Notes: generated by a model from the sequence alone, not told the origin. 64,000 nucleotides of DNA from Candidatus Hydrogenedentota bacterium (GCA_029974275.1 JARKSN010000175.1:21545-85544), one strand, 5' to 3'; shown: positions 28,854-38,800, counted from the first letter of the stretch. Translations and numbers: made by a program.

Positions 28854-30182
28854 TCACGGCACGATCTCCCCTTCGAGCCAATGCCCGCGATGCCCGGTGA
28901 TGCGGACCGAAACGAAATCGCCGATTTCGAGATGCGGTGCATATGCCGTCACAGGGCGATAGCCTTCGGTGCGGCCGTTCAGATAGCCGCGTTTTTTCGC
29001 ATGCGCGCCGTCGAGGAGCAATTCCTGCACGCTGCCGACAAGCCGTTGCGAATCCTCGGCCTCGATGCGCGTCTGCAAATCAATCACGCGTTGCAGGCGA
29101 TCCTCTTTTACGGCGCGCGGCACGTCGTCCGGCCATTTCGCGGCGCGCGTGCCGGGCCGAGGCGAGTACTTGAACGAAAAGAGCTGACTAAAGCGCACCT
29201 CTTCGAGCACGCGCAACGTCCCTTCAAAATCCTCCTCGGTTTCCGAAGGAAATCCGACGATCAGATCGGTGGTCAACTCGATGCGGGGCATCGCCGCGCG
29301 CAGATACCGGACTTTATCGAGGTACTCGCCGATGGTGTGCTGCCGGTTCATCCGTTCCAGCACGCGGTCCGAACCCGCCTGGAACGGCAGATGAAGATGA
29401 TTGCAGACCGCCGGCCGCGCCGCCATCAGGTCCGACAGCGCGTTGTTCCAGCCGTTCGGGTGCGGCGAAGTGAAGCGCAGGCGCCGGAGTCCCTCGACCT
29501 CCGACACCGCGTCGAGCAACTCGTAAAAGCCGCAGCCGCCCGCCTGATAGCGGTTCACGTTCTGTCCCAGGAGCCATATTTCCTTGGCTCCGTTTTGAAC
29601 GAGACGGCGCACCTCGCGCAGGATGTTGCCGGGATCGCGGCTGACTTCGCGGCCACGGGTCTTGGGAACGATGCAGAACGAGCAGAAGTTGTCGCAGCCG
29701 CGCGTAATCGCGACGTACGCCCGGCAGCCCTCGACACGTCCCGATTCGACGTATTCCTCGGGAATGAAATTGACGATGCGATCCGGAGGCCGACCGGCCC
29801 ATTCGGTCATCAGGACGCGCGCGCCCGCTTGCGCCTGCGCAATCATCTCGGGCAGATGAAAAAAATGGTCCGGTCCGAAGACGATATCGACCGCCTTCTC
29901 GCGGGCGAGGATCGCCTCTCCCTCTTGCTGGGCCACGCATCCGCCAACGCCGATGACAAGAGCCGGGTTCGCCGCTTTCAGTTTGCGCAAGCGGCCAAGT
30001 TCGCTGTACACCTTGTTCTCGGGGTTGTGCCGTACCGAACAGGTGTTCAGCAAGATGACGGTCGCTTCGGCGGCTTCCTGGGTCATCTCGTAGCCATTCC
30101 GGATGAGGACTTCGCGCATCCGCTGGCTGTCATGTTCGTTCATCTGACAGCCGAAGGTTTGTATGTACGCCTTTTCCGCCAC
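28854..30182 (-). CDS. miaB: tRNA-2-methylthio-N6-dimethylallyladenosine synthase
   Basis: TFGCQMN, NTCSVR, GGCVAQ, GCDNFCSFC, FTSPHP, FKYSPRPGT, C-terminal TRAM domain. Confidence 0.95.
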   Translation of the reverse strand: MAEKAYIQTFGCQMNEHDSQRMREVLIRNGYEMTQEAAEATVILLNTCSVRHNPENKVYSELGRLRKLKAANPALVIGVGGCVAQQEGEAILAREKAVDIVFGPDHFFHLPEMIAQAQAGARVLMTEWAGRPPDRIVNFIPEEYVESGRVEGCRAYVAITRGCDNFCSFCIVPKTRGREVSRDPGNILREVRRLVQNGAKEIWLLGQNVNRYQAGGCGFYELLDAVSEVEGLRRLRFTSPHPNGWNNALSDLMAARPAVCNHLHLPFQAGSDRVLERMNRQHTIGEYLDKVRYLRAAMPRIELTTDLIVGFPSETEEDFEGTLRVLEEVRFSQLFSFKYSPRPGTRAAKWPDDVPRAVKEDRLQRVIDLQTRIEAEDSQRLVGSVQELLLDGAHAKKRGYLNGRTEGYRPVTAYAPHLEIGDFVSVRITGHRGHWLEGEIVP

Positions 30183-30394
30183 GGTTCACTCCGCTGAATT
30201 TCTCATTTCCCGCCGTTTCTCCGGCGCGGCGCCGCGCGCGGGAACGGCGCTTCCGTGCAGGTGTTGCGAAAAAGTCCGGAAAGCGACGGACACATGTCCC
30301 AACCGGCAAGCCTATGCGGCGGGGGCGCATTTTTCGAGAACGCCCGATCGACAGGATGCAGGACGCGGCAATCCAGACGTTTTTCCGGCGACCG

Positions 30395-31069
30395 TCAGGT
30401 GATCCCGTTGCGGACGGCCCATTCGACGGCGACTTGCACCAGTTGGTTGCCGTCTTCGATGCCGAGCTTTTCCTTGATGCGGCTTCGAAACGTCTCGACG
30501 GTCTTGATGCCGACATTCAGGGTTTCGGCAATGCGGCGCGTGCCGAGACCCCGCCCCAGCAGACGGAACACCTCGAATTCGCGGTCGCTCAACTGTTCGA
30601 TCATCGATTCCGAATAGCGCGTCCTCCGCGTTCCGTCACCCGACAAGATTTGGCTGTTCATGTTTTCGCTGAGGTACACGCCGCCGTTGAGCACGCAGCG
30701 AAGGGCCCGGATCATCTCCGAATCCACTTCCTGTTTCATGATATAGCCCTTGGCGCCGGCCCGCAACACGCGTTCCGTGTAGAGACCTTCATCGTGCATG
30801 GACACGACCAGCATGAGAACGCCCGGAAATTGGCGCTTGATCTCGCGGATCAGGTCTATGCCGCTGATCGAGTCTTTCAGGCTCAGATCGATGATGGCCA
30901 AATCCGGACGGCAATTCTCGATCTGCCGCAGCGCTTCTTCGGCCGTTTCCGCTTCGCCGCAGACAATCATGTCCCGCTGTTGGTTGATGAGCGTGGCGAA
31001 TCCGCGCCGCACAATGCTGTGATCATCCACCACCAGAATTCGCTGTTTTTGTTCTTCCACCGTTTCCAT
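30395..31069 (-). CDS. NarL/LuxR family response regulator
   Basis: VVDDH, IIDLSL, SMH, GYIMK; HTH LSDREFEVFRLLGRG...KTVETFRSRIKEKLG. Confidence 0.93.
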   Translation of the reverse strand: METVEEQKQRILVVDDHSIVRRGFATLINQQRDMIVCGEAETAEEALRQIENCRPDLAIIDLSLKDSISGIDLIREIKRQFPGVLMLVVSMHDEGLYTERVLRAGAKGYIMKQEVDSEMIRALRCVLNGGVYLSENMNSQILSGDGTRRTRYSESMIEQLSDREFEVFRLLGRGLGTRRIAETLNVGIKTVETFRSRIKEKLGIEDGNQLVQVAVEWAVRNGIT

Positions 31070-31120
31070 TACCGTTTCGTTGCCTTTCCTTCGCCGAGCG
31101 CCGGATTGAACCGGGCAGCC

Positions 31121-33082
31121 TCAGGCATTCCCTGTCGCATTCCCAACGGCGCCGTCGCTTTCCACGCAACACGTCACCCGGGTTCCCCCGCTGGGATTCG
31201 GATCGATTGTCAGCGAGGCGCCTATCATCCTAGCGCGATACTCCATATTTCGCAAGCCCATGCCCCTGCCCCGGCTGCCGTCGTCCTTGGGAAGGCCGAT
31301 GCCGTCGTCCCGGATGGCCAAGAGCGTTCGCCGCCCTTGGGTTTCCAAGGTGATGATTATTTGCTCGGATTTTGCATGTTTCACAGCGTTGTTGACGGCT
31401 TCCTGGGTGATCCGATACAACTGTTCCTCGACGATTTTGCTGTGGACGGTCCGGTATTGACGCGCTTCGAGCACGCAGGCCGTCTTGAAAATTTCGCGCG
31501 TTCTCCGGGCAAGGTCTTCCAGCGCGGTGGGAAGGCCATGCTGTTCGAGGATGACGGGGCTCAGTCCGCGCGCGAGCGATCGGGTTTGGGCGATGGCCTG
31601 CTTCACGAGGAGCGCTATTTCCGCCGCGTCCTGCGCCTCTTTGATGCCGCGTTCCGTCAAGCTGTTCACCATGCCCATGCTCAGGCACAAAATGCCCGTA
31701 AGTTGCTGCCCCAGGCCATCGTGCAGGTCCTGTCCGATGCGTTGTTGCTCCTGGGTGCTGACGTCGAGCACTTCCCGTTCCAGGCGAATGCGTTCCGTGT
31801 TGTCGCGCACGATGACCAACACTTCGTCGGGGCCGCTCATCACGAAACGCGCCTCCAGATAGGCCACTTCTCCCGCTGTGGGGCGGACGAATTCGAGCAC
31901 CTGCACCCTGCCCGTGTCCACGGCGCGCCGGTAACAGATCATGGCCTGCCGCCCCAGATCGCCCGGCAACAGATGCTCGGCGCGCTTTATCGCCTTGTCC
32001 TCGATCGCCGTATCGGCGGAGGTTGCGAGGGGAGTCTCGCGGAGATCGATCACATATCCATTTTCGAAGAGCACATACATGAGATCGGGGATGGCATGGA
32101 GCAGGGCGCGATGGCGCGCCTCGCTTTCGCGGATGGCCTGTTCGGCCGACTTGGTTTCGGTCACGTCCCGCAATGTTCCCACGATGGCCGTCGCGCGTCC
32201 TGTTTCGTTTCGGATGACGTTCCAAGTCTCGCTGGCCCATCGGTATTCCCCGGATTTGACCTGAATCCGGTATTCGATCGGCATGAGGGGCGTGGCGGGC
32301 GCGGAATCGTCGATGGCTTGTTTGAAATGGGCATAGCGGCGATCGCGGTCTTCTGGATGCACCCGATGCGAGACGCCTCGTGTTCCCATCGCGGCCACTT
32401 CCGCCGCAGAGAACCCGAACAATTGCTCGCTCGAAGGGCTCATGTATTCGTATGCCCGCGTGTCCAAATTGAGCTCGAATATGATGTCTTTCGAGTTCTC
32501 AAGCACTCGCCGGAACCGGCTTTCGCTCTCGCGCAGCGCCCGTTCCGCGCGTTCCCGTTCGGCGGCTTCCCGCAGCAACTGCTGCCGGTCCTGGGCAAGG
32601 GCCTGTTCGGTTCGGAACGCGGCAAACAAGGCCTCATAAAAACCCAGCAACAGGAACATCACGCCCGTGATGACTGCAAAATTTTTCAGATAAACGTAGG
32701 GGCCGCCCCGTTGAAAGAACGCGGGCATCACCTCGGCCCGGTACACCCCGTACGCTACGTCAAGCCCTTGGGGAATCGCCAGGAGAACAGTCGCCGCGAG
32801 CAATAGCTTCAACACGCTCCCGAAACGGGCCACCCGATAGCTCACGTACACGACGACGAGGCATAGAAACAGCGTGGCGCCCAGCCCCAACAGATCGCCC
32901 CATATGTTCAGGGCAGGATTGAAGCTGGTGAGATAGATGGTGAGGAGTTCCACGCCGACGCGCCCGAATAGGGAGCCGAAAGCGAGCAGGCGCAGGTTGC
33001 GGATATGCCTGTCCGGCATCGGAGAAAAGCGGGCGTCCCGTTCCCACGACATCGATGAACTGACCGAGCTGGAGGCGGACAT
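31121..33082 (-). CDS. Membrane-bound PAS-domain sensor histidine kinase (HisKA_3 type); start uncertain (33136/33082/33019)
   Basis: N-terminal TM helices, two PAS-like regions, RIGQDLHDGLGQ H-box, QEAVNNAVKHA, DDGIG and GMGLRNM. Confidence 0.9.
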   Translation of the reverse strand: MSASSSVSSSMSWERDARFSPMPDRHIRNLRLLAFGSLFGRVGVELLTIYLTSFNPALNIWGDLLGLGATLFLCLVVVYVSYRVARFGSVLKLLLAATVLLAIPQGLDVAYGVYRAEVMPAFFQRGGPYVYLKNFAVITGVMFLLLGFYEALFAAFRTEQALAQDRQQLLREAAERERAERALRESESRFRRVLENSKDIIFELNLDTRAYEYMSPSSEQLFGFSAAEVAAMGTRGVSHRVHPEDRDRRYAHFKQAIDDSAPATPLMPIEYRIQVKSGEYRWASETWNVIRNETGRATAIVGTLRDVTETKSAEQAIRESEARHRALLHAIPDLMYVLFENGYVIDLRETPLATSADTAIEDKAIKRAEHLLPGDLGRQAMICYRRAVDTGRVQVLEFVRPTAGEVAYLEARFVMSGPDEVLVIVRDNTERIRLEREVLDVSTQEQQRIGQDLHDGLGQQLTGILCLSMGMVNSLTERGIKEAQDAAEIALLVKQAIAQTRSLARGLSPVILEQHGLPTALEDLARRTREIFKTACVLEARQYRTVHSKIVEEQLYRITQEAVNNAVKHAKSEQIIITLETQGRRTLLAIRDDGIGLPKDDGSRGRGMGLRNMEYRARMIGASLTIDPNPSGGTRVTCCVESDGAVGNATGNA

Positions 33083-33246
33083 GTCACGAGTCCTTTTGTT
33101 TCCGCGCCGCAATGGTCCGCGCGTGGCAGCGATCATTGCTCTCGCGCTTTCGTCGCACGCGGCGAGAAATGCGGGCTAGGCGAGGGGCGCGGGCGCCAGT
33201 ATACCGCAGACGGGCTCTTTCCGGCAATCCGGAGCCGGAATAGAAT

Positions 33247-33277
33247 AAAAAGACGCCCGGCTCCATAGCCGGGCGTC
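33247..33277 (-). terminator. Rho-independent terminator after the PPIase gene
   Basis: GACGCCCGGCT-4 nt-AGCCGGGCGTC stem followed by TTTTT on the minus strand. Confidence 0.75.
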
Positions 33278-33306
33278 GCAACAACAGATCGTGCGCGCGG
33301 TTCGGG

Positions 33307-34482
33307 TTAGGCGCCGCCTCCGGCCGCCGCGGCGTCTGAACTGGCAGGGGCCGCGTCATTCAGCGGCAGCACGACGGAAGGCGCGGGCTCCGTGTCCTTC
33401 GGCGTGTAGAGAATTTCAATTTTGGTCTTGGAACGGACCTCTTCGAGCTTCTCTTTCAATTTTGTCTGGAACAGCGGGCCGCGAGGGTCCCGCATGCCCT
33501 GGCGCAATACTTCCTTCGCTTCCTCGTAGGGCACGTCGCCCGCCGGATGCCGGGCGATCGTCTTGACGATGTGCCAGCCGTATTTCGTGGTGAAGGGTTG
33601 GCTGATCTCGCCAACGGGCGTTTCGAACATCGCCTTCTCGAATTCGGGCACCATCCGGCCGCGCGGCGTGTCCGAATACAAACCGCCGTTGTCTTTCGAG
33701 CCGGGGTCCTCGGAGAGTTCCTTGGCGATCTTGGCGAAATCCTCTTTGCCTTCGGTCGCCCGTTTGTATGCCGCGTCGATTTTTTCCTTGGCGGCATTCT
33801 TGGCGGCTTCGTCGGCGTCTTCTTTCACAAGAACGAGGACATGGGCGACGTCCACGGTTTCTTCCGGACGCTTCATCTGACCGCCCGCCTTCAGTTCGTC
33901 GTACATTTTCTGCACGTCCTCGTCGCTAACCGTAATGCTGTCGGACAGGGTTTTGGCATACTTGTTCCGGGCGATGCTTTCCCGCATCTTCTCCGGCAAC
34001 TGTTCGAGGGTGACGTCGGCGGAGGCAAGGCGCGCCTTGAGCTCCTCCTCGGACGCGAATTGACTCTTGAAATCGTTCAGGTGCGTGGCCAGTTCCTCGT
34101 CCGACACTTCGATGTTGGCTTGTTGGACGATCAGCGCGAACAGTTTGCTGTCGATCATCTGCTGGATCAGTTGTTTTTCCGCTTCGGCGGTGGGTTTGGG
34201 GGCGGCCTCGCCCGGCGATCCTTGCGGGGGGTGCATCATGGGGTTTTTCATCTGACTGGCGAGAGCGCGATCGAATTCTTCCTTCGTGATCACCATGTCA
34301 TTGACTTTCGCCACTATTGTCACGTCATCCCCGCCGGCGCTGGAACCGGCCGCCGGCGCGGGCGCAGCGGGAGCAGGCGCGGGCGCTTCGTCCGCTGCGA
34401 GCACAGCCGGGCCGGCGCACATAAGCAAAACAGCGCCAACCGCGACCCCGATCAGGGCCTTGGAAAAAAAACGGGTGTTCAT
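33307..34482 (-). CDS. Exported PpiC-type peptidyl-prolyl isomerase (SurA/PrsA-like)
   Basis: Signal peptide; VAKVND; AHVLV; FAKIAKELSEDPGSKDNGG; MVPEFEKAMF; TKYGWHIVK. Confidence 0.9.
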   Translation of the reverse strand: MNTRFFSKALIGVAVGAVLLMCAGPAVLAADEAPAPAPAAPAPAAGSSAGGDDVTIVAKVNDMVITKEEFDRALASQMKNPMMHPPQGSPGEAAPKPTAEAEKQLIQQMIDSKLFALIVQQANIEVSDEELATHLNDFKSQFASEEELKARLASADVTLEQLPEKMRESIARNKYAKTLSDSITVSDEDVQKMYDELKAGGQMKRPEETVDVAHVLVLVKEDADEAAKNAAKEKIDAAYKRATEGKEDFAKIAKELSEDPGSKDNGGLYSDTPRGRMVPEFEKAMFETPVGEISQPFTTKYGWHIVKTIARHPAGDVPYEEAKEVLRQGMRDPRGPLFQTKLKEKLEEVRSKTKIEILYTPKDTEPAPSVVLPLNDAAPASSDAAAAGGGA

Positions 34483-34676
34483 TCATTGTCTCCTGGTTGC
34501 ATGACTCGTCGAGGGTTCGTTGCGCCGGACATCGGCGCGGCCCTCGGCACACGGGGCCGATTGTAACACATTTCCCGTGGCGACCCCAATAGATCAACGA
34601 TGCCCAGTTTTGTAGGGTGCATAAATAAAGGCGTACATGCCGGACCTCGTCTAAAATGGGCTCAAGTTGACAAAAC

Positions 34677-34866
34677 GTAAACGTTCTGTGAACGACGTAG
34701 CCGCGATGGATGTGCAGCAGGGGATGTCGCGGGGTAGCGTGAGGCTACTGCCTGGACGGTGCGTCGAGGTTCGGGAGGATGTCGCGTTTCCAGTGGTCGG
34801 GCAGGAGTGGGTGGATTTCTTTGTTGGGATGGGTGGGGATGCGCAGGAAGAGGTCGCGTAGGCAAC
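34677..34866 (-). mobile_element. IS66-family remnant: transposase C-terminus plus terminal inverted repeat
   Basis: LRDLFLRIPTHPNKEIHPLLPDHWK resembles the IS66 TnpC tail; GTAAACGTTCTGTGAAC at 34677-34693 resembles IS66 ends (GTAAGCG...). Confidence 0.7.
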
Positions 34867-34964
34867 CCAGGTTCCGCAACAATTGCAGCGCCGAGATCTG
34901 GCTGATCGCATCCTCGTGGGTCAACGGCGTTGTTGTCGGAAGGAAGATGTGAACGGTTGGGATA

Positions 34965-35141
34965 ATGTGTGAACCTGACATCGTCTCAAAATGCATCGTT
35001 ATCGATGTGGAGGTCGGACGTGAGACCGGCCGCATTCATCATTTGGCGGCCATACGGGGCGACAAGTCCGACAAACCGTTTTTGTGTTCGTGTGGCAATC
35101 TCGATGCAGCCTTGCGACAACTTGACGCTTTTGCCGAAGGT
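34965..35141 (+). pseudogene. 5' fragment of a large mobile-element RecQ-family helicase (exonuclease-like N-domain)
   Basis: CIVIDVEVGRETGRIHHLAAIRGD...LRQLDAFAEG recalled as the N-terminus of island-borne RecQ-like helicases; abruptly truncated. Confidence 0.5.
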
Positions 35142-35142
35142 T

Positions 35143-35404
35143 TCCGGAGATACCAGAGGTCGACCTTGTAGCCGTTGCGCGTCTTGGTCTGGTGAATGTG
35201 CGCGACGTAGGCCGTGACGACCGGGGCGATGGGCGTCCGGGTGGGCAGCGGGTCGTCGTTGCCGCGCGCGCGAGCGGACTCGAACTGCCGAAGTTTTTCT
35301 CTGGCGACCTGATGGGACGCCGTGTCGAGCGACTTCCGGACCTCCTTGCCGTTTCGGTAGAACTGGATGTAGTAGGTTGTGCCGCGTTTCTTGAGACTTG
35401 CCAT
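35143..35404 (-). pseudogene. 5' fragment of a tyrosine integrase paralogous to 43369-44583
   Basis: MASLKKRGTTYY...AREKLRQFES...DDPLPTRTPIAPVVTAYVAH...DLWYLR aligns with MASLLKRGNVYY...AMEKLRKIES...DLPLPSKTPLAEVLTAYIAH...ELFYLR; GAGGAG RBS; no catalytic domain. Confidence 0.88.
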
Positions 35405-35536
35405 GGTTGTTTGCTCCTCGACCTTTGGGGGCATTGTGAAGCTGGCGCAAGTCCCATGTTTCCCCGCCGACCGGGTGCAAAACCGGGTACAAGGGGCAAA
35501 AAAAAAGACCTGCAACTAGTGCAAGTCCTTTACCAA

Positions 35537-35586
35537 CAAATGGTAGCGGGGGTAGGATTCGAACCTACGACCTTTGGGTTATGAGC
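35537..35586 (-). repeat. att direct repeat (duplicated 3' part of tRNA-Met)
   Basis: 50-bp exact match to 44753-44802. Confidence 0.95.
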
Positions 35587-35728
35587 GCTGGAAGGTCGTT
35601 CCTCTTAAGCTCTTTGATAGCAAGTAATTAGCGCAGAGCCAACCACTTGGCTTCATTCAACTCTGATCCACATGCTACCCCATGTACTACATGTTTTTCA
35701 AAAAAAGTGGCACACAAAGTGGCACATC

Positions 35729-36952
35729 TCAAATCAAACCAATCGGGATTGCGGTTGCTTCACGGGTCAACGGGACGGGCTCTTTGCACAAGCAGATGAC
35801 TCCGCCTTCGCCAAGAGGTTTCCCAAGCCTCTCCAACGTGGAAAATGCCCGAACCCACTCGCGTTTTGGGGTGGCACCGCGCTTAACTTCGACCGGAAAC
35901 AGCGTTTGGTCCTGGTCGAATGCGAAGTCGATTTCCTTGCCGTCCTTGTCGCGATAGTAGTAAAGGTTTGGCGTGCGCATGCGGTGCCACCAGCTCTTCA
36001 GCACCTCCGTGAATGCATAGGTCTCAAACATGGCGCCACTCATGGCGCCCGACGCTAGGGTTTCAGGAGACGACCATTCCGTGAGATAAGCGCAAAGACC
36101 GGTGTCGAGGAAGTAGAGTTTGGGCGTCTTGACGAGCCGCTTGGTCACGTTTGTATGATAGGGTTGAAGCAAGGCCACCTGAAAACTGGCAACAAGAATC
36201 GACAGCCACGCCTTGGCGGTCTTTACGCTGATGTCTACGTCGCGTGCAAGTTCCGAAAGGCTCAACATCTGTCCTGTGCGGGCGGCGCAGGCGCGCACAA
36301 ACCGAAGAAAGACTTGTTCGTCGCCAACCTGGGTTAGGTCCCGCACGTCCCGCTGAAGGTAGGTCTGAAGATACGAACTGTAGAAGAGGTTACGATCCCG
36401 TACGGGGCCGGCGTGTAGTGCGGGAAAGGATCCCGTCCAGATTATTTTGAAGACACTTTTCAAGCTGGAGGACGCCCCCGAGACCGCACGCACGTCCAGC
36501 GACGCCGCGGTTGGAAGAAAGGGCTTGGGGAAAGGCTCATGCCGTTCGAGTTCCCGACGCGAGAATCCAAGTAGATTGATCGCGGCCACCCGTCCGGCAA
36601 GGCTCTCTGTGATGTTCTTCATCATATGAAACTGCTGCGAACCGGTGATCCAGAATTGGCCGCACGTGCATGAAGCGTCGACTTCCATTTTGATATAGGG
36701 TAGCAGGTTCGGTGCATACTGCACCTCATCGATCAATAGCGGGGGGCGGTATCGTTGCAGGAACAGGGCTGGGTCCTCGTTCGCCAAAGCGCGCACGGTC
36801 AAGTCGTCCAACGTGACGTAACGCCTATCCTCGCCACACAGATGCCGCAGCAGAGTTGTCTTGCCGACTTGACGCGGACCTGTGAGCAAAAGAACCGGAA
36901 ACTGCTCCGAAGCGTCCAAGACCGAACTCTCGAGCGTACGCAAGAAATACAT
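35729..36952 (-). CDS. AAA+ ATPase with DUF4143 and C-terminal PD-(D/E)xK-like motif
   Basis: GPRQVGKTT, LIDEVQ, ESLAGR, KTPKLYFLDTG and EIDF...PVEVK. Confidence 0.9.
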   Translation of the reverse strand: MYFLRTLESSVLDASEQFPVLLLTGPRQVGKTTLLRHLCGEDRRYVTLDDLTVRALANEDPALFLQRYRPPLLIDEVQYAPNLLPYIKMEVDASCTCGQFWITGSQQFHMMKNITESLAGRVAAINLLGFSRRELERHEPFPKPFLPTAASLDVRAVSGASSSLKSVFKIIWTGSFPALHAGPVRDRNLFYSSYLQTYLQRDVRDLTQVGDEQVFLRFVRACAARTGQMLSLSELARDVDISVKTAKAWLSILVASFQVALLQPYHTNVTKRLVKTPKLYFLDTGLCAYLTEWSSPETLASGAMSGAMFETYAFTEVLKSWWHRMRTPNLYYYRDKDGKEIDFAFDQDQTLFPVEVKRGATPKREWVRAFSTLERLGKPLGEGGVICLCKEPVPLTREATAIPIGLI

Positions 36953-36970
36953 GGCAAAATCCGTCCAATT

Positions 36971-37013
36971 TATATTGAAATTCCAATATAGCCGAACAAT
37001 TCGTCATTGTCAA
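36971..37013 (-). promoter_or_regulatory. Sigma70 promoter with overlapping palindrome
   Basis: TTGACA-17 bp-TATATT on the minus strand; near-perfect palindrome TATATTGAAATTCCAATATA at 36971-36990. Confidence 0.65.
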
Positions 37014-37212
37014 GTGACGGATCCCCGGAAACTGAGCCACTAGCCGTTAGAGGATTCCGTGTAGGCTGCTTGTGGTTGCGGGAAACTCGTTCTTACTGCT
37101 GGACAAGAACTTACAGCGTTTGCCTCGCCTGCTGGGTTCGCCAATTCCCGACGCCATTTGTTACTCTTTCCCCACATGAAATCTCTTCGTTGGTTGCGTG
37201 ATCGGCGTGGCA

Positions 37213-37582
37213 ATGACTGAATTGATTAGGCTATGTATGGGCTTCTTGGCAACGGTGCTGAAGTCTCGCGCTGAGCTTCAAGCCGAGAACCTGGTATCGC
37301 AGCATCAACTGTTTGTCTACCAGCGAAGCGTGAAGAGGCCGAAGGTGCGGCCAGCAGACCGTATCCTCCGGACCATGTCCTCGATGAACCCAAAGTGGGG
37401 AAGGTCATCTGAGGCGGATTATCGGTGAGCATGTCGCTCATTACAACAGGAGCCGAACACATTTGTCTCTCGATCTGGACAGCCCGGTGACACGACCGGT
37501 TCAGGCGCCTGATCAGGGCAAAGTTGTTTCGCTTCCCCAAGTCGGCAGGCTTCACCACCGATACAAACGTCAAGCCGCGTAG
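37213..37582 (+). pseudogene. Internally deleted integrase-core (rve-type DDE) transposase
   Basis: N-terminal KSRAELQAENLV..HQL...RPADRIL, then MSSMNPKWG, then in another frame EGHLRRIIGEHVAHYNRSRTHLSL...GRLHHRYKRQAA*; catalytic core missing. Confidence 0.75.
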
Positions 37583-37918
37583 ACCATGTCCTGGATAACT
37601 CCTATCCGTTTCAGACCGCCCTCAATCGGGAACAGGACAGGTGTATCGATGCTGGCAGTTGGGCCCTTGCGCACGGAAGCGTTCGGCGGCTTCCGCTCCC
37701 CAAGCCCCAGAAGCGGGTCTTTCATTACGGGAGATGGCACTCAATGGATGAGAGAATCGGGACGGATGGATTTTCCGCAAGGAAAAGGCGCTATCGCGAA
37801 GCAGCATGATTTTGTGTCTGATTGGCCTTCAATTTGACGACGAGTTTTCGTGTATAATGGCGACAGCAAAGGCAAGCCGCAATCCTGCGGCTGCACGGAG
37901 CAAGAGTGGAGATGCATC

Positions 37919-38239
37919 ATGATCTTCGAAAAACTTGGGGTTTCTGAAGACGCCGTTAGGGTCTTTTGTCAGAAGTGGGGGGTGGTGGAGTTCGACCTGT
38001 TCGGCTCAGCGCTCGGGCCGAGTTTTGGCCCCAATAGCGATGTAGACATCCTCCTTGTGTATGCGGAAGGCGCCCATCCCACGTTGTTTGACGAAGGGCA
38101 GATGCAAGAGGAGTTAGAATCGCTGTTCAGACGGAAGGTCCATTTTATGACAAAACGTGCCGTAGAGAGGTCGACCAATCCGATCCGCCGCAGAGCCATT
38201 CTTGAAAGCGCCACACCCGTCTATGTCGAATCCACGTGA
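37919..38239 (+). CDS. mntA: Minimal nucleotidyltransferase (MNT) antitoxin
   Basis: LFGSALGPSFGPNSDVDILL (GSX10DXD), 106 aa. Confidence 0.88.
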   Translation: MIFEKLGVSEDAVRVFCQKWGVVEFDLFGSALGPSFGPNSDVDILLVYAEGAHPTLFDEGQMQEELESLFRRKVHFMTKRAVERSTNPIRRRAILESATPVYVEST

Positions 38240-38573
38240 TATTGCTCTGCTCATGGACATCGCCGCTGCCGCTGAGCGCATTATGGCGTTTACTCAGGGA
38301 ATGGATGAGGCGTGTTTCGAGGGGGATTTGCGAACACACTTCGCTGTTCAGCACCAGATTATGGTTATCGGCGAAGCCGCAAAACGTCTTTCGCCGGAGT
38401 TACAGAACGGGATTCCTGAAATCCCTTGGTCGGCCATCGCGCGCATGCGGGATCGGCTGATCCACGGGTACGATACCGTTGACCTTGAAGTCGTCTGGGA
38501 CACGGTGGAGCAAAGTATCCCGAGTTTACTCAAAGTAGTTCGCAAGCGTCTAGAGAACTTCAAGACCAAGTAG
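38223..38573 (+). CDS. hepT: HEPN / DUF86 ribonuclease toxin
   Basis: IGEAAKRLS, IPWSAIARMRDRLIHGY (RX4HXY); overlaps the MNT gene. Confidence 0.9.
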   Translation: MSNPRDIALLMDIAAAAERIMAFTQGMDEACFEGDLRTHFAVQHQIMVIGEAAKRLSPELQNGIPEIPWSAIARMRDRLIHGYDTVDLEVVWDTVEQSIPSLLKVVRKRLENFKTK

Positions 38574-38800
38574 GTCGTGCATAAGCCTTTTGCTCGTGGC
38601 GAACGACCATCAGTTGAAGCTGTGTTATAGATAGAGGGCCTGCCGAAAATAGCGCGGCTACATTTTTGCACCCCTAATCATGACTCTATTCCTTCAGGCG
38701 GACGAAAAGCACCCGTCAACGATAGCTGTCAGTTTTAGAAGACATGGACTCGCGCGCTGTCCTATCCGGACTCCTCCGCGTGGAACACAGTCGTTGACGG

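Noticed and set aside
34500..34676. Outer att site of the older relic element
   Set aside because: No convincing match to the tRNA-Met 3' end was found by eye
35541..35586. Second tRNA-Met gene
   Set aside because: Only the 3' 46 nt are present, with no D-arm or 5' acceptor strand; this is the att duplication
37226..37573. 115-aa minus-strand ORF
   Set aside because: Antisense of the transposase relic
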